Positions 37,359-47,509 of a stretch of DNA of 64,000 nt are shown here, in pieces. Made by a program: the position numbers and the translations under genes. The DNA is from an uncultured Bacteroidota bacterium (GTDB lineage Bacteria > Bacteroidota > Bacteroidia > NS11-12g > UBA9320), in the NCBI GenBank assembly GCA_913050005.1, contig CAJXBI010000002.1:9540-73539 (forward strand), read 5' to 3'. Below the pieces are notes generated by a model. The model was given only the letters and a program-made list of their open reading frames with translations, did no database searches and had not been told where the DNA came from. Position 1 is the stretch's first letter. Each line of letters begins with the position of its first letter.

Positions 37359-38825
37359 TTAATTGTCGAGTAATTTTACAAGGAGATTTTTTGTCTTCTT
37401 TGGATCTGCTTTACCACCACTTTTCTTCATGATCTGTCCCATAAACATTCCAATTAAACCTGTTTTACCCGCTTTATATTCTTGTACTTTATTTGGATTT
37501 TCATCCAAAACCTCTTGAATTAGCTGGTGCAGCGTGTCCTCATCTCCTGTTTGTTTTAGATTTAGTTTTTCAATTAATTGACTTACTTCTTGTTTAGGAT
37601 TTAATAATAACGCAGGGAATAATTTTTGTTCGGCTACACTAAAATTAATCACCCCTTCATCAATAAATTCAATAATAAGAGCAATAGCCTTTGGACTTAA
37701 TGGAAATTTTTCAATTGAGGACGCATTACTATTTACCCAACCTTTAACTGGCCCCATGACCCAGTTAGCAACAGCCTTATAATTCGTTGAGAAATCACAT
37801 ACCAAAATAAAGTAATCTGCAATTTCCTTTTGCTCAGTTAATATTTCTGCATCATAGGCACCCAGTGAATATTCAGATGTAAAACGAGCAATTAATTCCT
37901 TGGGTAAGGCTGGCATTCTTTCCTTTAATTTATCAATCCAAGCTTGATCGATGATTAATGGAGGTAAATCTGGTTCTGGAAAAAATCTATAATCATTAAC
38001 TAACTCTTTACTCCTCATTGAAAAAGTTGTTCCTTTAACTGCATCAAAACTTCGAGTTTCTGAGAAGATTTCTTCGCCAGCAAGTACCATTTTACTTTGA
38101 CGATTAAATTCAAATTCAATGGCTTTTTTTACATTGCTCATCGAATTCATATTTTTTACTTCAACCTTTGTTCCAAAATCTTTAGAGCCCAAAGGTCTTA
38201 CTGAAACATTAGCGTCACACCTCAGACTTCCCTCTTCCATATTCCCATCACAAATTCCAAGGTATCGAACTAATTTTCTAACTTCTGAAAGAAAATTATA
38301 GGCCTCTTCTCCACTTCTAAAATCTGGTTCTGTAACGATTTCAACCAAGGCTGTTCCAGCACGGTTATAATCCATCAAAGTATTGTATATATCCAAATCA
38401 TGGATTCCTTTTCCAGTATCTTCCTCCATGTGAATTCGCGTAAGGTTGATACGTTTAAATGTTCCGTCAGATAAAAAAATATCAACCCAACCACCATAAC
38501 AAATTGGTGTATCTAATTGTGTAATTTGATACCCTTTAGGTAGGTCAGCATAAAAGTAGTTTTTTCTGGAGTAAGAATTATAGGATCGAATGTTACAATC
38601 ACAAGCCAACCCAAGCATGATTGCCATATTAATCGCTTCTTTGTTGTGAACAGGTAATGTACCTGGATGTCCAAGACTTATTGGACTAACTAGTGTGTTG
38701 GGTGAAGCTCCAAATGCAACCTCATCCGAGCAGAAAGCTTTAGATTTTGTTTTTAATTGAGCATGAATCTCCAAACCTACTACAACTTCATGAGTATCGT
38801 TTTTTAACATACGATTATCCTTCAT
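37359..38825 (-). CDS. gatB: Asp-tRNA(Asn)/Glu-tRNA(Gln) amidotransferase subunit B
   Basis: VVGLEIHAQL N-terminal motif and full-length GatB pattern, including the C-terminal YqeY-like tail. The start may instead be the ATG at 38810. Confidence 0.9.
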   Translation of the reverse strand: MKDNRMLKNDTHEVVVGLEIHAQLKTKSKAFCSDEVAFGASPNTLVSPISLGHPGTLPVHNKEAINMAIMLGLACDCNIRSYNSYSRKNYFYADLPKGYQITQLDTPICYGGWVDIFLSDGTFKRINLTRIHMEEDTGKGIHDLDIYNTLMDYNRAGTALVEIVTEPDFRSGEEAYNFLSEVRKLVRYLGICDGNMEEGSLRCDANVSVRPLGSKDFGTKVEVKNMNSMSNVKKAIEFEFNRQSKMVLAGEEIFSETRSFDAVKGTTFSMRSKELVNDYRFFPEPDLPPLIIDQAWIDKLKERMPALPKELIARFTSEYSLGAYDAEILTEQKEIADYFILVCDFSTNYKAVANWVMGPVKGWVNSNASSIEKFPLSPKAIALIIEFIDEGVINFSVAEQKLFPALLLNPKQEVSQLIEKLNLKQTGDEDTLHQLIQEVLDENPNKVQEYKAGKTGLIGMFMGQIMKKSGGKADPKKTKNLLVKLLDN

Positions 38826-41439
38826 TTATAAAACTAAATACTATCTCTTTTACTTTCTCTAATCCTATTACATCAGAACCTCCCGCTTGTGCAAAGAAGG
38901 GTTGACCTCCACCTCCGCCTCTAATCTCCTTAGACCATTCTCTCACTAAATTTCCTGCATGGTAATTTTTTTCTTTTACAAGTTGGTCACTTATCATAAT
39001 GCTAATATTAGGTTTCCCTGCAACATTAGCTAATAACGTACAAAATAAATTTTCGGTTTCTTGTTTTAGTTGAAAACAAAGATCTTTGACTTGTGCCGCT
39101 TTATCAACTTCGATTGTTTCGATGATAACTTGCATGCCATTTATGTTTTGAATAGACGATTTCAACTTATTCTTTAAACCCGCCAGTTGTTCATGTTCAA
39201 AGGCTTCTAACTTCTCTTTAATACTAAGATTTTCATTTTTAATATCCTTGATCGCCTTTAAAATATCTTTTTGATTGCCTAATTCCGACCGGACCAAATC
39301 CAATAGCTCTAACTGATTTTTTACATAATCGTCTGCATGAGCTCCTGTAAAAGCCTCAATTCTTCTTACTCCTGCGGCTACAGCCCCTTCGCTTACTATT
39401 CTAAAATTTCCAATTTGAGCAGTATTTGATACATGTGTTCCACCGCATAATTCAACCGAAAAATCTTGATCAAACGTGACCATTCTTACTGTGTCACCAT
39501 ATTTTTCTCCAAATAAAGCCATGGCACCGTGCTGAATTGCCTTGTCAAAGGGAATATTTCGATCTTCTTTCAAAGCAATAAAGGAACGAATTTTATAGTT
39601 TACTAATTTCTCAATGGCTTCCAATTCTTCTTTTTCAACCTTCTGATAATGTGAAAAATCAAAACGCAAATACTTCGAATTAACTAAAGAACCTTTTTGT
39701 GTAACATGATCCCCTAATATTTGTCTTAATGATGCTTGAAGCAAATGAGTAGCACTATGATTTAGTGTGACTGAATTTCTGTATTCCGAATTTACAACAG
39801 CAGTAAATTTTTGATTTAAATTTTTGGGTAGTTCTTCTGCCAAGTGGATTATCAACTTGTTTTCTTTTTGAGTATCTGTAATTTTGATTTTCTGACTATC
39901 AGAAAGGCCTTTAATAATTCCTTTATCACCAACTTGACCTCCACTTTCCGCATAAAATGGGGTACAATTAAAAATCAAATGAAACTGCTTCTTCCCCTTT
40001 ACTTCAACTGTTCGATATCGAGTTATGATTACCTCAGACTCCGTATAATCGTAGCCGATAAATTCTTCATGATCGTCTTCTACAAGTTCAATCCAATCTC
40101 CTGCCACCTTTTTTGCATCTGCTCTACTTCGGTCTTTTTGTTTAGCTAATTCAAGTTCAAAGCCTTTGAAATCGACTTGAATATTTTTTTCTTTCGCTAA
40201 AAGCTGTGTAAGATCAATTGGGAAACCAAATGTATCATACAATTCAAATGCGTGTATACCAGATATCATTTTACCTTCAGATAATGCATAGTTATCAAAA
40301 AGTTTCAAACCATTATTCAATGTATTTAAGAATGATTTCTCTTCTTGTTCAATCACCTTAGTAATAAATTCTTTTTGGCTTGATAGATTATTAAAAACAT
40401 TATCAAACTTACTCACAAAACCATCAACTAAGAGATAAATAAAAGGAGATTCAATTTTCAAAAAACTATAACCATATCGAACAGCTCGTCTCAATATTCT
40501 TCGTATAACATAGCCTGCACCGTTATTATCGGGCAATTGACCGTCAGAAATAGTAAAACACACTGCTCTTAAGTGATCTGCAACCACACGAAAAGCAATA
40601 TCTGTATCGGTATCTTTACCGTATTTTACACCACTGATGTCCTCCAAAGTGTGAATGGTATCCATAAATAGGTCTGAGTCATAATTTGAGTTTTGTGAGT
40701 GAACAGCTCTTACTAATCGCTCGAGTCCCATACCAGTATCCACATGTTTAGCAGGAAGTGGCACCAAACTTCCATCAACCTTTCTATTATATTCCATAAA
40801 AACGAGATTCCAAATCTCAATCACTTGTTCGTGATCTGCATTTACGAAGCTAGCACCATCTATTTTTGATCGTTCATCATCCGATCTAAGGTCGATATGG
40901 ATCTCCGAACAAGGACCACACGGACCCGTCTCACCCATTTCCCAAAAATTATCCTTTTTGTCTCCTAATATAATTCGATCTTCAGAAACATGATTCAGCC
41001 AAATTGTTTTTGCATCCTTATCCAAATCCAACTGATCGGGTTTGCTCCCTTCAAAAATAGAAACATACAATCTATCCTTATCAAGCATATAAACTTCGGT
41101 TAAAAGCTCCCAAGCCCAATTTATTGAATCTTCTTTGAAATAATCCCCAAAACTCCAGTTACCCAACATTTCAAACATGGTATGATGATATGTATCCACA
41201 CCTACCTCTTCTAAATCATTGTGTTTACCACTAACTCTAAGACATTTTTGGGTATCGACTATCCTAGTATGAGTTGCAGACTGGTTCCCCAGAAAGATAT
41301 CCTTAAATTGATTCATCCCAGCATTGGTAAACATAAGGGTAGGATCATCTTTAATTACTATTGGTGCCGAATCAACTATTTTATGGCCTTTTTTTTCAAA
41401 AAATGTTAAAAATGTATTCCTTATGTCTTGTGCCGTCAT
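38815..41439 (-). CDS. alaS: Alanine--tRNA ligase
   Basis: 874 aa with FTNAGMNQFK, editing-domain motifs HSATHLL and CGGTHV, and a C-terminal DHHA1-like GGGGG motif. Confidence 0.97.
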   Translation of the reverse strand: MTAQDIRNTFLTFFEKKGHKIVDSAPIVIKDDPTLMFTNAGMNQFKDIFLGNQSATHTRIVDTQKCLRVSGKHNDLEEVGVDTYHHTMFEMLGNWSFGDYFKEDSINWAWELLTEVYMLDKDRLYVSIFEGSKPDQLDLDKDAKTIWLNHVSEDRIILGDKKDNFWEMGETGPCGPCSEIHIDLRSDDERSKIDGASFVNADHEQVIEIWNLVFMEYNRKVDGSLVPLPAKHVDTGMGLERLVRAVHSQNSNYDSDLFMDTIHTLEDISGVKYGKDTDTDIAFRVVADHLRAVCFTISDGQLPDNNGAGYVIRRILRRAVRYGYSFLKIESPFIYLLVDGFVSKFDNVFNNLSSQKEFITKVIEQEEKSFLNTLNNGLKLFDNYALSEGKMISGIHAFELYDTFGFPIDLTQLLAKEKNIQVDFKGFELELAKQKDRSRADAKKVAGDWIELVEDDHEEFIGYDYTESEVIITRYRTVEVKGKKQFHLIFNCTPFYAESGGQVGDKGIIKGLSDSQKIKITDTQKENKLIIHLAEELPKNLNQKFTAVVNSEYRNSVTLNHSATHLLQASLRQILGDHVTQKGSLVNSKYLRFDFSHYQKVEKEELEAIEKLVNYKIRSFIALKEDRNIPFDKAIQHGAMALFGEKYGDTVRMVTFDQDFSVELCGGTHVSNTAQIGNFRIVSEGAVAAGVRRIEAFTGAHADDYVKNQLELLDLVRSELGNQKDILKAIKDIKNENLSIKEKLEAFEHEQLAGLKNKLKSSIQNINGMQVIIETIEVDKAAQVKDLCFQLKQETENLFCTLLANVAGKPNISIMISDQLVKEKNYHAGNLVREWSKEIRGGGGGQPFFAQAGGSDVIGLEKVKEIVFSFINEG

Positions 41440-41480
41440 TCTTTTGAGTATAACTGTTAATAATTAATGTAAGATCTTTT

Positions 41481-41488
41481 TATCTTTG
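41481..41488 (+). promoter_or_regulatory. -7 promoter box TATCTTTG for the M23/MerR gene pair
   Basis: Exact TAnnTTTG, 27 nt before ATG 41515. Confidence 0.45.
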
Positions 41489-41514
41489 CATTGTATTAAT
41501 CAGGCAAAAATACA

Positions 41515-42477
41515 ATGCGTAAAACGAAATTTAAATTTAATCCTGAAACTCTTGAATATGAAAAAGTTTCAAATACGCTATTGATACAAATTGCTCGTAT
41601 TTTTGGTTTTGTTTCTCTTGCTGTAACAATTGGGATTATCAGTTTCTTGATTGTGAACAAAGGAAGAAATTCAGATGCACTTCAAAATCAACTTGCCGAT
41701 TATGAAGTTCAAATCAAACTTTTAGAGAAAAAATCAATTGATATGCAATCCAAATTAGATGATTTATCATCTATGGATGATAACGTATACCGTGAAATAT
41801 TTGGGGCAGACCCCATTAGCGATGATGTCCGAAAAGCAGGAACAGGTGGTATCGATAAGTATACTTCTTTAGATCAATTGAAAGATGGCGAAAAAATCAA
41901 AAAACTTCATCAAAGATTGGACAACATGGACAACCAATCTAAAATCCAAATTGAATCCTACGAAAAGCTTATTAATTTGGCTAAAAATAAAAGCAAAATG
42001 CTCGCAGCAATCCCTGCAATTCAACCAATATCTAATAAAAATTTAAAACGAATAGCTTCTGGCTTCGGTTATCGTATTGATCCCATATACAGAACGCGTA
42101 AAATGCACAAAGGCTTAGATTTCTCTGCTCCAAAAGGTACCAAAATATATGCTACAGGCGACGGAGTTATCAAGAAAGTTAAACGACAACGTTGGGGATA
42201 CGGAACCCATGTTGTAATCGATCACGGTTACGGATACACCACACTATATGGCCACATGAGTAGAGCGAGCGTGAGGCAAGGGCAAAGTGTCAAAAGAGGT
42301 CAACAAATCGGTTTGGTTGGAAGTACAGGAAAATCAACAGGACCACATTTGCACTATGAAGTCGCAAAAAATGGCACTCAAGTTAACCCTATTGGTTATT
42401 TCTACAATGACCTAACAACTGAACAATACGAAGAAATCATTAAACTATCTTCTAATCCTAATCAGTCATTTGACTAA
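41515..42477 (+). CDS. M23 (LytM-domain) metallopeptidase, membrane-anchored
   Basis: N-terminal TM segment, a coiled coil and a LytM domain with HKGLDFSA, THVVIDH and GPHLHYEV. Confidence 0.85.
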   Translation: MRKTKFKFNPETLEYEKVSNTLLIQIARIFGFVSLAVTIGIISFLIVNKGRNSDALQNQLADYEVQIKLLEKKSIDMQSKLDDLSSMDDNVYREIFGADPISDDVRKAGTGGIDKYTSLDQLKDGEKIKKLHQRLDNMDNQSKIQIESYEKLINLAKNKSKMLAAIPAIQPISNKNLKRIASGFGYRIDPIYRTRKMHKGLDFSAPKGTKIYATGDGVIKKVKRQRWGYGTHVVIDHGYGYTTLYGHMSRASVRQGQSVKRGQQIGLVGSTGKSTGPHLHYEVAKNGTQVNPIGYFYNDLTTEQYEEIIKLSSNPNQSFD

Positions 42478-42803
42478 TGGGCCTTTCTTACGAAAAACTA
42501 TTTTACAATCTCACTGAAGTTTGTGAGAATTTTGGTATAGCTCCCTCTACATTACGATATTGGGAGTCTGAATTTCCATCGCTTAACCCTAAAAGAAACG
42601 ACAATGGAACTCGATTTTATGAAAAAAAAGATATTGAAGAAATTGCAAGGATTCAAATATTAGTTAAACAAAGCAAATACACTATTCAAGGTGCTATTGA
42701 AAAACTTAAAGTTGATAAAAAACAAGTTGATCACAACATAAATATTTTAAAAAAACTAAAAAAAATAAAGGAATTTCTATCTCAACTCAAGCAAGAATTA
42801 TAA
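42477..42803 (+). CDS. MerR-family HTH protein (short, no obvious effector domain)
   Basis: N-terminal HTH YNLTEVCENFGIAPSTLRYWE followed by a coiled coil. It overlaps the M23 stop by 1 nt. Confidence 0.7.
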   Translation: MGLSYEKLFYNLTEVCENFGIAPSTLRYWESEFPSLNPKRNDNGTRFYEKKDIEEIARIQILVKQSKYTIQGAIEKLKVDKKQVDHNINILKKLKKIKEFLSQLKQEL

Positions 42804-43044
42804 TATTATAAGATAAAAAACTATACTTCATTTAATCATTCCTGCTCGTGTGTTTGATATTATGTCCTTTACAGATATACTTCTAAATCAAACACACAAC
42901 TATCATTTAAATATTGATATACATTATATGATAAAACCATTAAATCATTTTACAAACACTATGCTATTTGTTATGGTTTAAATTAAGTAGCTGGAAATAA
43001 AATGTATACTTTTACCTATCAATTAAAACATGTTTTTAATTAAT

Positions 43045-43764
43045 ATGACCAAACTAAGCGTAAACATCAACAAAATTGCAACTATAAGGAATGCACGAGG
43101 AGGCAACACACCTTGCCTAACTGATGCAGCTAAAGCAATTGAAAACTTTGGGGCAGAAGGCATCACCATCCACCCAAGACCTGACGAAAGACACATTACC
43201 CGAGAAGATGTAAAGCATCTAAAAAGTATTGTAAAAACTGAGTTCAATATAGAGGGATACCCTAGTGATTCCTTTATCAAAATGGTATTAAATATTTTAC
43301 CAGAACAGGTTACGCTAGTTCCAGATGGACCAGATGTAATCACAAGTAATGCCGGGTGGGATTGTCTAAAAAATAAAGATTTTCTAATTCCTATCATTCA
43401 AAAATTCAAAAATGCGGGGATTCGAGTATCCATATTTGTAAACCCTGATCCCGCTCAAGTGGAGGCCGCTTTTGCATGCAATGCAGACCGAATTGAACTC
43501 TACACAGAAGCCTATGCTTCTAATTACAAATTATGTAAAGAAAAAGCTATACTACCTTATAAATCAGCTGCAAAAAAAGCTACTGAATTAGGCTTGGGAA
43601 TAAATGCAGGCCACGATCTTAATCTAGGCAACCTTGCTTACTTCATACAGGAAATTCCAGATACACTAGAAGTGTCCATTGGTCATGCTCTAATAAGTGA
43701 TGCATTGTACTATGGATTGAGTAATGCAGTCCAAATGTATAAATCAAAAATAAATTCCATTTAG
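43045..43764 (+). CDS. pdxJ: Pyridoxine 5'-phosphate synthase
   Basis: MTKLSVNINKIATIRNARG N-terminus, plus HPRPDERHI and GHDLN motifs. ATG 43045 is preferred over the start at 43030. Confidence 0.9.
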   Translation: MTKLSVNINKIATIRNARGGNTPCLTDAAKAIENFGAEGITIHPRPDERHITREDVKHLKSIVKTEFNIEGYPSDSFIKMVLNILPEQVTLVPDGPDVITSNAGWDCLKNKDFLIPIIQKFKNAGIRVSIFVNPDPAQVEAAFACNADRIELYTEAYASNYKLCKEKAILPYKSAAKKATELGLGINAGHDLNLGNLAYFIQEIPDTLEVSIGHALISDALYYGLSNAVQMYKSKINSI

Positions 43765-43769
43765 AATAG

Positions 43770-45332
<1,563 letters not shown>

Positions 45333-45334
45333 TA

Positions 45335-45565
45335 ATGATAGTAGAAATAATTACACCCGATGAGGTGCTATTCAGTGGTGAAGCCATTTCGGTTAAATTA
45401 CCTGGCACTAGTGGTTCTTTTGAAGCACTATCCAATCACGCTCCACTTCTCTCTAGCTTGGAAAAAGGAAGCATCATTGTTCGCACTTCTAATGGTGAGG
45501 AAACATTTGAAGTTTCTGGCGGAATCGTAGAAGTACTCAACAATAAAGTTGTTGTACTAGCTTAA
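45335..45565 (+). CDS. atpC: F0F1 ATP synthase subunit epsilon (short form, beta-sandwich domain only)
   Basis: 76 aa immediately after atpD. The pattern IITPDEVLFSGEA...LPGTSGSFEALSNHAPLLS matches the epsilon N-terminal domain. No C-terminal helical hairpin is encoded. Confidence 0.85.
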   Translation: MIVEIITPDEVLFSGEAISVKLPGTSGSFEALSNHAPLLSSLEKGSIIVRTSNGEETFEVSGGIVEVLNNKVVVLA

Positions 45566-45754
45566 AAAATAAAAAATATTGATATGTAAATTGCTTATGT
45601 TAGAAAACATTGACTGTAAATTACTATTACTAAGCATAAAGTAAAAAATGAAAGGAAAAATCAGAATTTAATTGTTCAATTATTGATGTAAATTTTACTA
45701 TTTAATTTCGACATCAGGTAACCTTTTTGATAAGCTAAAATTGAAAATTCAAAT

Positions 45755-46483
45755 TTACAAAGACACTCTTGAACGAATGGGTTTAAATCTTAACCATAAC
45801 ACTCCAAACAATGCCTCTTTAATAATACTTCCGTTCATTTTGGATTCTCCAGCGGTACGATCAGTGAAGATAATAGGAATTTCTTTGATCGAAAAATTCA
45901 ATTTATAAGCAGTATATTTCATTTCAATCTGAAAAGCATAACCTCTAAACTGTATTTTATCTAAATCTATCGTATTTAGTAATTTACTACTATACCCAAC
46001 AAACCCAGCAGTTGCATCTGACAATTTCATTCGAGTAAAAAACCTAACATAGGCAGAGGCAAAATAACTTAACAATACTCGCCCCATAGGCCAATTGACT
46101 ACATTAACTACATTACCTACATAGCGAGACCCAACTACTAAATCGAAATTATCTTTACTCAATTCGTTGTATAGTCGAATGAGGTCTTCTGGGTTGTGCG
46201 AAAAATCGCAGTCCATCTCAAATATATACGCATAAGATCGAGCTAAACACCATTTGAATCCAGCAATATATGCAGTCCCTAAACCATTTTTTTTTCCATT
46301 TTCAAGAAGATGAATCCTAGAACAGGCTGTTTGTTTTTCTTTTACAAGATCGGCTGTACCGTCAGGGGAATTATCATCCACGACTAACACGTCAAAGTCC
46401 AATTCCAAAGACATGACTTTATCCAACATCGCTGTAATGTTTTCATTTTCATTATAAGTAGGTATGATGACAATTGGATTCAC
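45755..46483 (-). CDS. Polyprenol-phosphate mannosyl/glycosyl transferase (GT2, DPM1-like)
   Basis: IIPTYNENENI and VVDDNSPDGT motifs. Soluble 242-aa GT2 of the Dpm1/Ppm1 type. GTG start. Confidence 0.75.
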   Translation of the reverse strand: MNPIVIIPTYNENENITAMLDKVMSLELDFDVLVVDDNSPDGTADLVKEKQTACSRIHLLENGKKNGLGTAYIAGFKWCLARSYAYIFEMDCDFSHNPEDLIRLYNELSKDNFDLVVGSRYVGNVVNVVNWPMGRVLLSYFASAYVRFFTRMKLSDATAGFVGYSSKLLNTIDLDKIQFRGYAFQIEMKYTAYKLNFSIKEIPIIFTDRTAGESKMNGSIIKEALFGVLWLRFKPIRSRVSL

Positions 46484-46507
46484 AGAATATCGTAACAGTT
46501 TAATTAG

Positions 46508-47164
46508 TTATGAATTTGCTTTTTTATGGTCTGCAAGAAACTTTGCCAAACCAATATCAGTTAGAGGATGTTTTAGCAAGCCTAAAATTGAGGATAGGGG
46601 ACAGGTGCAAACATCTGCTCCAGCTTCTGCAGCTCGAACAATGTGTAATGGATTACGGATAGAAGCTGCTAAAATTTCTGTAGCAAATCCTTGAACAGTA
46701 TAGATGTCTGCTATTTGAGCTATTAATTCTATCCCATCCCAATTCATATCATCAATTCGACCTATGAATGGTGACAAATAAGTAGCCCCTGCTTTTGCTG
46801 CAAGAATAGCTTGGCCTGGAGAGAATACAAGCGTGCAATTTGTTCGGATATTGTTATCAGTAAACCAACGAATGGCTTTTATTCCATCCTTAGTCATGGG
46901 CACTTTTACTACAATATTTTCATGTATATCCGCAAGTGCTTTACCCTCTTTAATCATGTCATCAAAATCGGTAGCAATGACCTCTGCACTAATATCACCA
47001 TCAACCATTTCACATATCTTTTTATAGTGATTTTTGATGTTTTCTTGACCAGTAATGCCCTCTTTGGCCATAAGAGAGGGGTTGGTGGTTACGCCATCAA
47101 GTATGCCTAAATCTCGGGCTTCTCCAATTTGTTCTAGGTTGGCTGTATCAATAAAAAATTTCAT
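46508..47164 (-). CDS. fsa: Fructose-6-phosphate aldolase / type 3B transaldolase
   Basis: The canonical N-terminus MKFFIDTANLEQI starts at ATG 47164. Also has GVTTNPSL and the Schiff-base lysine context VVVKVPMT. Confidence 0.85.
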   Translation of the reverse strand: MKFFIDTANLEQIGEARDLGILDGVTTNPSLMAKEGITGQENIKNHYKKICEMVDGDISAEVIATDFDDMIKEGKALADIHENIVVKVPMTKDGIKAIRWFTDNNIRTNCTLVFSPGQAILAAKAGATYLSPFIGRIDDMNWDGIELIAQIADIYTVQGFATEILAASIRNPLHIVRAAEAGADVCTCPLSSILGLLKHPLTDIGLAKFLADHKKANS

Positions 47165-47265
47165 GAAGTAAAGTTTGTGTTTTAGCGAATGTAAGGATAC
47201 CAAGCCAAACTTCTAACTAAAGGTCACTCAAAATTTGATAAAACAATGATATAAATTTTCAGAAT

Positions 47266-47358
47266 AAAAAAAATGGCTGACATCGCACCGCTACAACCTC
47301 GTACCCTTGCTGCATTCCTGCCCTGGGGGAGTTCGGAGGGAGCTGGTCGTGTCAGCCA
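47266..47358 (-). ncRNA. ffs: Signal recognition particle RNA (small bacterial 4.5S type)
   Basis: A GC-rich island in an AT-rich spacer. The minus-strand sequence is UGGCUGACACGACCAGCUCCCUCCGAACUCCCCCAGGGCAGGAAUGCAGCAAGGGUACGAGGUUGUAGCGGUGCGAUGUCAGCCA. It contains the domain IV signature AGG-GCA-GGAA-UGC-AGCA (GGAA tetraloop closed by GCA/UGC and flanked by AGG/AGCA loops, as in E. coli 4.5S CAGGUCCGGAAGGAAGCAGCC). A terminal 9-bp closing stem (UGGCUGACA/UGUCAGCCA) is followed by U8. The ends are approximate. Confidence 0.85.
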
Positions 47359-47361
47359 GTG

Positions 47362-47369
47362 CAAAAATA
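47362..47369 (-). promoter_or_regulatory. -7 promoter box TATTTTTG for the SRP RNA
   Basis: Exact TAnnTTTG on the minus strand, directly upstream of the closing stem of the RNA. Confidence 0.5.
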
Positions 47370-47489
47370 CTCAGGTGAAACATCTAGGCAATCTATTTAC
47401 TCATTTTTATTCGAAGTAAATCATACTTCATTCAGTAAATAATTTTAAAAAATGGTGTAAAGCAAATAAGAACTTCCCTTAAATTTTAG

Positions 47490-47497
47490 TACGTTTG
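47490..47497 (+). promoter_or_regulatory. -7 promoter box TACGTTTG for the carboxyltransferase gene
   Basis: Exact TAnnTTTG, 13 nt before ATG 47510. It overlaps the TTG start at 47495 used by the ORF track, which argues for the ATG. Confidence 0.4.
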
Positions 47498-47509
47498 AGC
47501 TTTGTAATT

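Noticed and set aside
43023-43397. 124-aa minus-strand ORF.
   Set aside because: It is fully antisense to pdxJ, whose conserved motifs are unambiguous.
45648-45671. Mini-ORF ATGAAAGGAAAAATCAGAATTTAA (7 codons) in the atpC/GT2 spacer.
   Set aside because: It is too short to support and has no promoter box or conservation evidence available.
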